Origin: Pristiophorus japonicus
Lineage: Eukaryota
DNA: 64,000 nt
NCBI RefSeq assembly: GCF_044704955.1
Contig: NC_091979.1
Span: forward strand, 317,254,001-317,318,000
Reading direction: 5' to 3'
Numbering within the stretch: the first letter of the stretch is position 1; the number at the start of each line of letters is the position of its first letter. Below are positions 11,501-23,943 of this stretch, one piece after another. Position numbers and translations under genes: made by a program. Under the pieces are notes generated by a model that ran no database searches, was not told the origin of the DNA, and saw only the letters and a list, made by a program, of their open reading frames with translations.

Positions 11501-13019
11501 AGTATCAGCACAGGGCACAGAGAGACAGTCCCAGAGACACAGTATCAGCACAGGGCACAGAGAGACAGTCCCGGAGACACAGTATCAGCACAGGCACAGA
11601 GAGTCAGTCCCAGAGACACAGTATCAGCATAGGGCACAGAGAGACAGTCCCGGAGACACAGTATCAGCATAGGGCACAGAGAGACAGTCCCAGAGACACA
11701 GTATCAGCACAGGGCACAGAGAGACAATCCCGGAGACACAGTATCAGCACAGGGCATAGAGACAGTCCCAGAGACACAGTATCAGCACAGGGCACAGAGA
11801 CAGTCCCAGAGACACAGTATCAGCACAGGGCACAGAGAGACAGTCCAAGAGACACAGTATCAGCACAGGGACAGAGATTCAGTCCCAGAGACACAGTATC
11901 AGCACTGGGCACAGAGAGACAGTCCCAGAGACACAGTATCAGCACAGGGCACAGAGAGACAGTCCCAGAGACACAGTATCAGCACAGGGCACAGAGAGAC
12001 AGTCCCAGAGACACAGTATCAGCACAGGGCACAGAGAGACAGTCCCAGAGAAACTGTATCAGCACAGGGCACAGAGACAGTCCCAGAGACACAATATCAG
12101 CACAGGGCACAGAGAGACAATCCCAGAGACACAGTATCAGCACAGGGCACAGAGATACAGTCCCAGAGACACAGTATCAGCACAGAGCACAGAGAGACAG
12201 TCCCAGAGACACAGTATCAGCACAGGGCACAGAGAGACAGTCCCAGAGACACAGTATCAGCACAGGGCACAGAGACAGTCCCAGAGACACAGTATCAGCA
12301 CAGGGCACAGAGAGACAGTCCCAGAGACACAGTATCAGCACAGGGCACAGAGACAGTCCCAGAGACACAGTATCAGCACAGGGCACAGAGACAGTCCCAG
12401 AGACACAGTATCAGCACAGAGCACAGAGAGACAGTCCCAGAGACACAGTATCAGCACAGAGCACAGAGAGACAGTCCCAGAGACATAGTATCAGCACAGG
12501 GCACAGAGAGACAGTCCCGGAGACACAGTATCAGCACAGGCACAGAGATTCAGTCCCAGAGACACAGTATCAGCATAGGGCACAGAGAGACAGTCCCGGA
12601 GACACAGTATCAGCACAGGGCACAGAGAGACAGTCCCGGAGACACAGTACCAGCACAGGGCACAGAGACAGTCCCAGAGACACAGTATCGACACAGGGCA
12701 CAGAGAGACAGTCCCAGAGACACAGTATCAGCACAGGGCATAGAGACAGTCCCAGAGACACAGTATCAGCACAGGGCACAGAGACAGTCCCAGAGACACA
12801 GTATCAGCACAGGGCACAGAGAGACAGTCCAAGAGACACAGTATCAGCACAGGGCACAGAGAGACAGTCCCAGAGACACAGTATCAGCACTGGGCACAGA
12901 GAGACAGTCCCAGAGACACAGTATCAGCACTGGGCACAGAGAGACAGTCCCAGAGACACAGTATCAGCACAGGGCACAGAGAGACAGTCCCAGAGACACA
13001 GTATCGGCACTGGGCACAG
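8587..13019. repeat. 4.4-kb minisatellite, 40-bp unit (38-bp variants) CACAGAGAGACAGTCCCAGAGACACAGTATCAGCACAGGG, roughly 110 copies
   Basis: Direct reading; recurring variant blocks indicate higher-order duplication. Confidence 0.97.
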
Positions 13020-13115
13020 GAATCACACGGTCTGAATTGGGCGCAGCTCACGGACGGTCTCTCGGAAAAGGATTGCCTGCAAACTGCTCATCCCAGCCTG
13101 TCGAGGGAAGTAACA

Positions 13116-14183
13116 ATGTTTGGACTGACCGTGCTGGCCCTTCTGTGTGGAGAGGTGTGTGCAGGCTCTCACTCCCTGCGGTACATGCACACGGCTATCA
13201 CTCCGCTCCCGGGCATTGCTGAGTTCACCGATGTGGGTTATGTGGATGACCAGCAGTTTATTTACTATGACAGTGTGAGCCGGCAGTACACCCCGCGGCA
13301 GCGGTGGATCAGGGAGAGCGAGGGCGCCGAGTACTGGGAGCGCTACACACAGAACCTGCGGGGCAAGGAGCAGGTGATGAAAGGCAACATTCAGACCGTC
13401 TTAACCCGCACCAACCAGACCGGCGGGATCCACACGCTGCAGAGGTTGTGCGGCTGTGAGCTGCGGGATGACGGCACCACCAGCGGCTTCTGGCAGTACG
13501 GCTGGGACGGGAAGGACCTGATCAGCTTCGACAAGGATCGCCTGGTGTGGGTCACCCCGGTACCGTGGGGAGAGATCACCAAGAACAAGTGGGACCAGGA
13601 CAGGGCCGAAATGCAGCAGGACAAAAGTTACCTGGAGCAGGAGTGCATCGAGTGGCTGAAGAAATACCTGAAGGCTGGAGAGAGAGAACTGGGAGCTGTT
13701 GCTCCTCAAGTGTTTCCTTCTGTGGACAAGGCGTCAAATATTAAAGCCCCCCAACTCTCCTGTCTCCTCACAGGATTTTACCCTCGCGAAATCCAAGTGA
13801 CCCTCCTGAGAAATGGCGAGCCAATCAGGGACACGGAATCCACGGGCATCCTGCCCAACCACGATGGCACCTACCAGCTCACGACATGGGCTCAGATCGA
13901 GCCCGCGGATGGAGCCACCTATTCCTGTCAGTATGAGCAGAGCGGCCAAGCAGGAGGGAAGACCCGAGACTGGGACGGGACGTTCCGAGTGACTCCAGGA
14001 TCGCCAGAGGGAACAAATAGGGGTTTGATTGTTGGAATTGTGATTGCTGCCGTCGCCCTGATTGCTCTTGTGATCGGTGCGGTTGTGTGGAAGAGGAGAG
14101 GAGGAGAGGAGACATCTGGTTACAGCCCAGCGAACCCTGCTGAACGAGGAGAATTATCCCCAAACTCAGCAGCCCAGTCCTGA
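13116..14183 (+). CDS. MHC class I heavy (alpha) chain, 355 aa, with no coding introns
   Basis: One uninterrupted ORF with A at -3: leader, GSHSLRY alpha1 with EYW and RTNQT glycosylation site, alpha2 CGC...WDGKD...TKNKW...YLEQECIEWLKKY, alpha3 LSCLLTGFYP...PNHDGTYQ...YSC, TM LIVGIVIAAVALIALVIGAVVW, KRR stop-transfer and SGYSPA tail. Confidence 0.97.
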   Translation: MFGLTVLALLCGEVCAGSHSLRYMHTAITPLPGIAEFTDVGYVDDQQFIYYDSVSRQYTPRQRWIRESEGAEYWERYTQNLRGKEQVMKGNIQTVLTRTNQTGGIHTLQRLCGCELRDDGTTSGFWQYGWDGKDLISFDKDRLVWVTPVPWGEITKNKWDQDRAEMQQDKSYLEQECIEWLKKYLKAGERELGAVAPQVFPSVDKASNIKAPQLSCLLTGFYPREIQVTLLRNGEPIRDTESTGILPNHDGTYQLTTWAQIEPADGATYSCQYEQSGQAGGKTRDWDGTFRVTPGSPEGTNRGLIVGIVIAAVALIALVIGAVVWKRRGGEETSGYSPANPAERGELSPNSAAQS

Positions 14184-14424
14184 GGCTGATCCCGAAGTGA
14201 AGTTCACTGGGACTAGAATCTGGACTTGCTGTGTCGCAAGGAGGGTTCATTCAGAAGCAATCCACGATTCTGCATCTTCATTTCGTTTGATTGTCACTGG
14301 CTGCTGCCAGTGTTAATAGTAATCGGTAATGTATCTATCATTGAGTGGGTTTGGGGATATTTTCTTTTTGGTGATTGGATAGAAATCTCCAGTTGGGTCT
14401 TTTGGTGTTTAATGTAAATGAGAT

Positions 14425-14495
14425 GTGTCGATTTCGGCACGGGCTGGATGGCCAAATGGTCGTCTTCCGTGCTGTAACCATTCTATGATTCTATG
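14425..14495 (+). mobile_element. Short CR1/SINE 3' tail fragment
   Basis: ...ggccaaatggtc...gctgtaacc followed by (ATTCTATG)2, the typical CR1 terminal octamer repeat. Confidence 0.65.
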
Positions 14496-14505
14496 TATGG
14501 TGGCC

Positions 14506-15170
14506 GGGGGAGAGGGAGACTGGGAATGGGGGCTGGGGGAGAGAGGGAGACTGGGAATGGGGTCTTGGGGAGACGGAGACTGGGAATGGGGGCTGGGGGA
14601 GAGAGGGAGACTGGGAATGGGGTCTTGGGGAGAGAGAGACTGGGGAATGGGGGCTCAGGGAGAGGGAGACTGGGGAATGGGGGCTTGGGGAGAGAGAGAC
14701 TGGGTAATGGGGGCTCAGGGAGAGGGAGACTTGGGAATGGGGCCTCGGGGAGAGAGAGACTGGGGAATGGGGGCTTGGGGAGCGGGAGACTGGGGAATGG
14801 GGGCTTGGGGAGACGGAGACTTGGGAATGGGGCCTCGGGGAGAGAGAGACTGGGGAATGGGGGCTCGGGGCTCGGGAGACTGGGGAATGGGGGCTTGGGG
14901 AGAGGGAGACTGGGGAATGGGGGCTTGGGGAGAGAGGGAGACTGGGGAATGGGGGCTCTGGGAGAAGGAGACTGGGGAATGGGGGCTTGGGGAGAGAGGG
15001 AGACTGGGGAATGGGGGCTCTGGGAGAGGGAGACTGGGGAATGGGGGCTTGGGGAGAGAGGGAGACTGGGGAATGGGGGCTCTGGGAGAGGGAGACTGGG
15101 GAATGGGGGCTCGGGGAGAGAGAGACTGGGGAATGGGTGCTCGGGGAGAGGGAGACTGGGGAATGGGGTG
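14506..15170 (+). repeat. G-rich 30-bp minisatellite, array 2 (same orientation as array 1)
   Basis: Same unit as 7480-7945. Confidence 0.95.
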
Positions 15171-15501
15171 GGTGTGGGTTCTAGTATTTCCCCCAGAGCC
15201 GGGAGCAGCAGCAACGTGGTGAGTGGGAGTGACACTGAGAGAGGAGCAGCCAGTAAAGAGGTGAGTGAAACCTGGGGACCTTACTGTGGGTAAATAGTGA
15301 AAGATTATTTCCAGTGGTGGGCGAATGGGGAACTAGGGAACGGAAACCAAAGATTCTAAAACCTAAAGGGAATGTGATAAATATTTGAAAAGGAAGAATG
15401 TTATAAGATCTGGGGGTGGGGTGGGCGGGGGGGAATGGGATTACAGAAGAGAGTGCGAGCTCCGAGGCCGAATGATCTCCTCCTGTGCAGTCATTTCTAT
15501 A
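15171..15501 (+). repeat. Unique-sequence block duplicated in inverted orientation at about 32211-32630
   Basis: Reverse complement matches 32211-32630, apart from about 100 extra bp in that copy. Confidence 0.9.
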
Positions 15502-15504
15502 AAT

Positions 15505-18190
15505 GCATTCCCCACTCTGCTCAATGTGCTGAAGTTGCAGCCCTGGTGACAGCAATCCAAATGACTTATGACATACCTGTTAATGCCTGGCCAGATAGTG
15601 CCTATGCGATTAACACTTTGTTACCTTTATCGCTGTATGCTCGGAACACGATCAGCCCCTGTTTATGTTGGTAAGAAGTCTCACTCACCATCTTTGAACT
15701 TACACACCCGGAGCAACTCACAAGCAGATCATGCTGCTACAGATGCCACCGTTAACCTCTGGCAAGCTCCTACCCCTCCCTTAAGGTCTGTCCCGAGTAT
15801 TCAAGGTGGGGACATCGATCTCCCGGTCTCTAGGCCAGTTATCTTCCCTATGCGGTTGTTATTGCATGGCATCGGGATGGATGTCCGTTGTCTCAGCCCA
15901 CTCCATGGGCTGTGGACACACAATTGGCTCCAGATCAGTCTGGGAAATCTGCCCTCCTGTTAATGTATGGGCCCTGCTTGCGGTGGCTATCATCTGATCT
16001 CCCAGTTGTCTGTGTTCCCCCATCCATGGCACCCAAAATGTTTGATCTCCTCCATTGACACCCGGTGGGAGGACACTATTCAGCCGATGCAACTGTTCAG
16101 AAACTACACAAATTTGCATGGCATCATAATTGTGTTACTGACGTCACTCATAGAGTGAATGTTGCCTGCCCTGTTTACAGCAAAACCCAAGTGCCACATG
16201 AAGCGAGCACTGTTGGGTAGTCCCCCTTCTCCCGAGGGGGCCAAGGTCCCACCTTCAAATTGACTTTATAGGCCCTTGCCTACAGGGCCTTCTGGGTTGT
16301 GGTATTGTCTGGTTGTAGTTGATACGTTTACAAAATGGATGGAGTCTTTTCCATGTAAAACAAACACAGTATTGACAGCAGCTCGCCTATTATTGGGTGA
16401 GGTGAGCTGCAGGCAGGGAGTGCCAATTCAGGCTGATACCGCACAAAGTTTTACCGAGCTGCAACGGACAATGAGTATGTTGCATAAACTTCATATCTCC
16501 CACCGTCCACAATCATCTGGAATGGTGGAAAGAGGAAATCGAATTCTGAAAATTATGTTAAACAAATTTGGTGCAGACCACCCCACCAAATGGTCTAGCA
16601 TGCTGTCAATGTGCCAGATAGTTATTAGATCCACCCCGCATAGCACAACGGGTATTTCACCCTACCAAGCTATGACTGGGCGACTAATGCGAATGCCAGC
16701 CCATCTGTTAACCCCTTCAGTTACACCCTTAGTACAGGGAACTGCCAACCAAAAATGGCTTGAAATGTAGCCAGACAGACAGGGAAGTCAAGAAGCCAGG
16801 CATAGAAACACTTCGATAAGCAGTTCCGACCTTTTGAACATCAAGTGGGAGATATCGTAATGCTACTAAACTATGGGAAGCAACAACATTGCTTCGAACC
16901 AAGGTGGAATGGCCCCATTCCCGATTATTGACGGGGTCAGTCCTTCGGTCTATCTGTTGCAATTCCCTGGGGAAAAAGGGGAGGAACAAGTGGGGTAAAT
17001 AGTACCATATCAATCAGTTGAAAACCGTGAAAGAATAAATATTGCATGTTTTATCTTATAGAACCAGTTAAGAATGATCAGTTATCGAACCCTCCTGCTG
17101 GAGGTCATCATATACTTCAGACATTCGAACAGGTCTCAGACATGCTCAGTTACTTGACAACAGAAGATGTGAAATGGTTAATGTGGCTCAGGGAAGTGAG
17201 ACAATTAACACATACTCCATCGAGAATCAATCTAATTAATGACAAAGAGAGAGATTTGGAGAATCTTTTAAGTCCATGACTTGTTGATTAGATGTTAAAC
17301 TTCAGCTTTCTGTACAATGTCTGTTTTCATTACCTGCATCAATGTTTGCTGGACATGTATATACTTAGTTGATGTGCTACTGATTGTCAGACTGAATTGT
17401 AACTATAATAATTATGTTTGGTAGGTAACAGAGCGTGGGAAAAGCCAGTATGAATCCAGTATGAGGGTTTTGATGCTGCCTCCTGTAGTATGTTTTACGG
17501 GTCTAAAGAGCCTCTTTCAAAACCGATACTGAAGTGAAACTGACAGTAAATGAGATACTTCAGTATAAGCTGCACAATTAAGTGGTTCAATTGGTACGAC
17601 ATTCAGAATGGTGGGATATTGGGCCTAATATATCAGTACATTCTTAGGTTCAAATTATTTCACACGCTCTGGTAATTATTTAACTTGTGATGATAGTGTA
17701 TTTGATATTTGATTAATTGAACACAACAAAAGGGAATATGTGAAGCAACACAGAGGAAACCCCAGGTGGGGTAAGATCAGGAGAGATACAAGAAACAGAG
17801 GATAGCCCAGGCAGGGGAGAATTGGAACACCGGAACAGTGAATTGAATTTGAGAAAGGGCTCAGAGGTTGCAACTCCCGTTTAAAGGAACGGATTGTAAC
17901 AAAGGGGAAAATCTTCATTTTTGTATCACCCTTAGCAAAATCTAGAGTTGGCATGGTTAGTAGAGGTACGGAAATGAGAGATCGAAATAACTTTCTCTCA
18001 AGGAGGGGAATATGTTAGAAATCAGGGATACCGAAAAATGTATAAAACTGTTATGAATGTATAAAACTGATACGAATGCTGTGTTTAAATCATTGTTTTG
18101 AACTAAAGACGGAATATCTATCAGCTACCTGTTACGATTGTATGTTTTTGCGATACAACTAATGTGTTATATTCCATCTTAAAGTCTGAT
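15505..18190 (+). mobile_element. Decayed retrovirus-like LTR element: RNase H, integrase, possible env remnant, PPT and LTR start
   Basis: SAQCAEVAALVTAIQ...DSAYA (RNase H); IDFIGPLP...VVVDTFTKW...HRPQSSGMVERGN (integrase); WWDIG plus a hydrophobic stretch at about 17610-17710; purine run AAGGAGGGGAA at about 18000 followed by TGTTAG. Confidence 0.7.
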
Positions 18191-18199
18191 TAAACACTA

Positions 18200-19595
18200 T
18201 GGGTTAGATTTTACACTTTTGTGCATATCGCCCAAAAATTGGTGTTATTTCCGGCGTGGGTGGTAAGAAAGGGTTTTCAGATCGTCGGCTTCTCGCCCAT
18301 TCTCAAAGCACCAGTCAGCATTTTTTAAATTAGGCGTTACCGCGAGCGATATGAAATGCACGGTAGCGTTAAATCTCTCTGAACTTCTGCCGTAAAGTGT
18401 CATCATCCTTAGCAATGGCATGTTAGCGCTCGATTCCCGCGATTCAGGAGGTCAAGGATCACCATGACATGCACAGAAGAGGAGACAGAGAGAGGGGGAG
18501 CTGAGAGGGACTGGTGTGTGGCTGTGGTGTGGGCTTGTTTGGCTGTTGTGGGAGGCACGAGGGAGATTCACCAGCAGCAAAAATTCTACTAATCACCAAG
18601 AACATAGTTGGCACCGAGTTTTTATCCAACAAATAAGATGTAACATGAAAGGGATGGTGGAGGCCCTGGAGCTGGTAGCCAGGAACAATGATGGCAGAGC
18701 GCTCCCAGTGGTCCCGGAGCATGGCACTGCACCCAAGGTGCTGCACCCATATTGCCAATGACACATTAGAGCCACGAGCAACATCTTCTTCTAGCTCGGA
18801 GCACGTTCCCACCTTGGGATCGACCTCTCCCGTATCCATCCACTCAGCAGCTCGGCCGTCATCCCCCCCCAACCCCCCACAATGAAGCGTCACCTGAGGA
18901 GCTCCTCGGCCAGGCGGCTTGGAGTCAAGAGGGGAAGGGGAAGGGGTAGAGGTGGGGAGGAGAAGTTGGGGGGGGGGGGGGTGGGCCGGCAAGGGGAAGG
19001 GATGTTTTTTTACAGAAATACTGATGATTTCAGACAACTGTTTGGTATAAATGTTTTTTATTTAAAAAAAACTTGTTGCGCATTGGCTCAGGTAGCTGCA
19101 CCGTTACATGCTGGTGATTCCTCAACATCAAAGGGTATAATTACACTTAACTTCCATCAACTTAAACTTTAACTGTCACCAAGGTGATGCCCACCATTGA
19201 TGTATGACCTGCACACCCAGCAGTGTGTCAGCCTTGTAAATAACACCAACATTCTTTTAGGCAAAGTGATCATTGATGAGCTCCTAACCTAAGGCTCTTG
19301 CAGCTATCATGCCACCATGGACCCTTTCATGCAATCTACAGGGGGCAGGGGCATGGCTTCAGCATCAGCCTGATTGTCTGGTCCGATGTCAGCGTCTGCC
19401 TCCTTGTCCTCCTCTTCCTCTCTGTGGTGAGGTGGACTGTCAGACTCTTCAGGCAATTCTAGTCCCCTCCTGATAGCCAAGTTGTGCAGCATGGAGCACA
19501 CCACCACGAATTGAGCTACCTGCTCAGGGTGGTATTGGAGCTCGCCTCCTGAGTGGTCAAAGCATCTAAAGCGCTGCTTAAGCACTCCAATGGTT
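18200..19595 (-). mobile_element. PIF/Harbinger DNA transposon remnant with C-terminal DDE transposase fragment
   Basis: 19307-19585: LKQRFRCFDHSGGELQYHPEQVAQFVVVCSMLHNLA (HARBI1-like). The left boundary is approximate. Confidence 0.75.
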
Positions 19596-20506
19596 TTCTA
19601 AATTTGACTAATTCTGGTTTCATTAAAGCAGCATATCCTTCGAGTAACCATTAGCAACACACTTGGAGATTGCTGATTGTAAGAATTGGCGGAAATATCA
19701 ACAGACTTCAAAATATTTTGTACTTTAATTTTTGACTTTTGCTTTTCCATATTTTCTGTTACTGCAGAAGAGCAGACAGCGGACTTGGGATAGGTCCATA
19801 CATGTTCCAAAGGGATACACATCAGGTGGGTGGGGATGGGTCAATGACTAAAATCGCAGGAAGATGGCTGATGGGACCCTTTGTCATCAGTGAGAGACCA
19901 AGTAAATCGAAATGACGGCGAGCCCCAGAGCACAGGAACCTCAGGACAAAGGAAGCCATTTGGCCACCCAGACTCATTGGAGCCTTTATCCCCAGAATGG
20001 CCCAGTAACAAAGACACAGGATTCATGGCTCTTTCAGTTGGATTGCCTCAGGCAAAAGACTGGTTTTTGGCGCAAAGAATTCGGAAGTATTTTCAGGTAT
20101 AAGAGAAACGGCAGTTGCAGCCATCGCTCTCTTCTTCCAAGCTTACTTGTTTCATTCAATGCACACAAGGACTGGGACGGAGAGAAGACACCACCAGCTA
20201 CGAGCAAAGAGAGCCTCCCTCATTGGGAGAAGCAGCGAGTAAGCCAGAGGGGTAACTGGTGAGCATTATCCCAGCCCACACATGTCTTAAGACCACCGCA
20301 TGGTGTGAAGAGGTGTTGTGTGTCCCAACCAAGCCTTAGGGATTTAATGGAGAGGTTTCTGCGTGGATCATAGGCATATGTACAATCTGTTGGACAGATT
20401 CGGTGGTGCCCTATTGAGCCAAGCAGGAGTGTTTTAGTCATGGGTACTTCGCGATGGAGCCTGTTCAGATGAGCCAGTGTTGTGTGTTGTACTTTATTTT
20501 TTTCAT

Positions 20507-22670
20507 GCCACCAGATTAATATGGCAGGGGGATGGGATGGGAATCTATGCAGGGAGACAGAGGGGAATAAAATGGAGACAGAAGCAAAAGATAGAAAGGA
20601 GAATGGTAAAAGTGGAGGACAGAGAAACCCAAGGCAAAAAACAAAAAGGGCCACTTTACAACAGAATTCAAAAGGGTCAAAGTATGTTAAAAGACAAGCC
20701 ACAATGTGAGGAGTATTCAGAATAAGGTGGACGAATTAACTGCACAGATAGCTGTTAATGTATACGATGTGATTGGCATCATGGAGACACGGCTCCAGGA
20801 TGATCAAGGCTGGGAACTCAACATCCAAAGGTATTCAGCATTTAGGAAGGATAGACGGAAAGGAAAAGGAGGTGGGCTGGCGTTGCTGGTTAAAGAGGAA
20901 ATTAATGCAATTGTAAGGAAGGACATTAGCTTGAATTATGTGGAATCGGTATGGGTGGAGCTACGGAATACCAAAGGACAGAAAACACAAGTAGGAGTTG
21001 TGTACATGCCACCAAACAGTAGCAGTGAGGTTGGGGACAGCATCAAACAAGAAATAAGGGATGTGTGCAATAAAGGTACAGCAGTTATCATGGGCGACTT
21101 TAATCTACATATTGATTGGCCTAACCTAACTGGTAGCAATGCAGTGGAGGAGGATTTCCTGGAGTGTATTGGGGATGGTTTTCGAGACCAATATGTTGAG
21201 GAACCAACCAGAGAGCTGGCTATCCTCGACTGGATGATGTGTAATGAGAAGGGACTAATTAGAAATCTTGTTGTGCGAGGCACCTTGGGGAAGAGTGACC
21301 ATAATATGGTAGAATTCAGTATTAAGATGGAGAGTGACAAAGTTAATTCAGAAACTAGGGTGCTGAACATAAGAAAAGAATTGGCTAGATTAGACTGGCA
21401 AATGATACTTAAAGGGTTGACGGTGGATAGGCAATGGCAAAACACAAAGATCATATGGACGAACTTCAACAATTGTATATCCCTGTCTGGAGTAAAAATA
21501 AAACAGGGAAGGTGGCTCAACCGTGGCTAACAAGGGAAATTAAGGATAGTGTTAAATTCAATGAAGAGGCATACAAATTAGCTAGAAAAAGTAGCAAGCC
21601 AGAGGACTGGGAGAAATTTAGAATAAAGCAGAGGAGGACAAAGGGTTTAATTAAGAGGGGGGAAATAGAGTACGAGAGGAAGCTTGCCGGAAACATAAAA
21701 ACTGACTGTAAAAGCTTCTATAGATATATGAAGAGAAAAAGATTAGTGAAGACAAACGTAGGTCCCTTGCAGTCGGATTCAGGTGAATTTATAATGGGGA
21801 ACAAGAAATGGCAGACCAATTGAACAAGTACTTTGGTTCTGTCTTCGCAAAGGAAGACAAAAATAACCTTCCGGATGTACTAGGGGACCGAAGGTCGAGT
21901 GAGAAGGAGGAACTGGAGGATATCCTTATTAGGCGGGAAATTGTATTCGGGAAATTGATGGGATTGAAGGCCGATAAATCCCCAGGGCCTGATAGTCTGC
22001 ATCCCAGAGTACTTAATGAAATGGCCCTAGAAATAGTGGATGCATTGGTGATAATTTTCCAACAGTCTATCGATGCTGGATCAGTTCCTATGGACTGGAG
22101 GGTTGCTAATGTAACACCACTTTTTAAAAAAGGAGGGAGAGAGAAAATGGGTAATTATAGACTGGTTAGCCTGACATCAGTAGTGGGGAAAATGTTGGAA
22201 TCAATCATTAAGGATGAAATAGCAGTGTATTTGGAAAGCAGTGATAGGATCGGTCCAAATCAGCATGGATTTATGAAAGGGAAATCATGCTTGACAAATC
22301 TTCTGGAATTTATTGAAGATGTAACCAATAGAGTGGACAGGGGAGAATCAGTGGATGTGATGTATTTGGACTTTCAAAAGGCTTTTGACAAGGTCCCACA
22401 CAAGAGATTGGTGTGCAAAATCAAAGCACATGGCATTGGGGGTAATGTACTGACGTGGATAGAGAACTGGTTGGCAGACAGGAGGCAGAGAGTCGGGATT
22501 AACAGGTCCTTTTCAGAATGGCAGGCAGTGACTAGTGGAGTGCTGCAGGGCTCAGTGCTGGGACCCCAGCTATTTACAACATATATTAATGATTTAGATG
22601 ATGGAATTGAATGTAACATCTCCAAGTTTGCAGATGACACTAAACTGGGTGGAGGTGTGAGCTGTGAGGA
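20507..22670 (+). mobile_element. CR1 LINE, end of ORF1 and ORF2 (APE endonuclease + RT), 3'-truncated, frameshifted
   Basis: MGDFN and SDHN endonuclease motifs; KSPGPD, QHGF, YLDFQKAFD, FADDTK. Confidence 0.93.
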
Positions 22671-23943
22671 ACATAAGAACATAAGAACTTAAGAATTAGG
22701 AACAGGAGTAGGCCATCTAGCCCCTCGAGCCTGCTCTGCCATTCAACAAGATCATAGCTGATCTGGCCGTGGACTCAGCTCCACTTACCTGCCCGCTCCC
22801 CTTAACCTTTAATTACCTTATTGGTTAAAAATCTATCTATCTGTGATTTGAATACATTCAATGAGCTAGTCTCAACTGCTTCCTTGGGCAGAGAATTCCA
22901 CAGATTCACAACCCTCTGGGAGAAGAAATTCCTTCTCAACTTGGTTTTAAATTGGCTCCCCCGTATTTTGAGGCTGTGCCCCCTAGTTCTAGTCTCCCCG
23001 ACCAGTGGAAACAACCTCTCTGCCTCTATCTTTTCTATCCCTTTCATTATTTTAAATGTTTCTTTAAGATCACCCTTCATCCTTCTGAACTCAGAGTAAA
23101 GACCCAGTTTACTCAATCTATCATCATAAGGTAACCCTCTCATCTCTGGAATCAGCCAAGTGAAACGTCTCTGTACCATCTCCAAAGCTAGTATATCCTT
23201 CCTTAAGTAAGGTGACCAAAATTGCACGCAATACTCCAGGTGCGGACTCACTAATACCCTATACAGTTGCAGCAGGACCTCCCTGCTTTTGTACTCCATC
23301 CCTCTCGCAATGAAGGCCAACATTCCATTCGCCTTCATGATTACCTGCTGCACCTGCAAACTAACTTTTTGGGATTCATGCACAAGGACCCCCAGGTCCC
23401 TCTGCACCGCAGCATGTTGCAATTTCTCCCCATTTAAATAAGATTCCCTTTTACTGTTTTTTTTTCCAAGGTGGATGACCTCACATTTTCCGACATTGTA
23501 TTCCATCTGCCAAACCTTAGCCCATTCGCTTAACCTATCTAAAGCTCTTTGCAGCCTCTCTGTGTCCTCTACACAACCCGCTTTCCCACTAATCGTTGTG
23601 TCATCTGCAAATTTTGTTACACTACACTCTGTCCCCTCTTCCAGGTCAACTATGTATATTGTTAACAGTTGTGGTCCCAGCACCGATCCCTGTGGCACAC
23701 TACTAACCACTGATTTCCAACCCGAAAAGGACTCATTTATCACGACTCTCTGCTTTCTGTTAGCCAGCCAATTCTCGATCCATGCTAATACATTTCCTCT
23801 GACTCCGCGTACCTTTATCTTCTGCAGTAACCTTTTGTGTGGCACCTTATCGAATGCCTTTTGGAAATCTAAATACACCACATCCATCGGTACACCTCTA
23901 TCCACCATGCTCGTTATATCCTCAAAGAATTCCAGTAAATTAG
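22671..23943 (-). mobile_element. CR1 LINE 3' part (368-aa open RT fragment) with tail
   Basis: ORF 22802-23908; ACATAAGA tail repeats at 22671. Confidence 0.93.

Noticed and set aside
8587-13019. CRISPR-like array or RAG recombination signals (CACAGTA/CACAGAG heptamer-like words)
   Set aside because: No unique spacers, vertebrate context, and no ACAAAAACC nonamers at 12/23 spacing.
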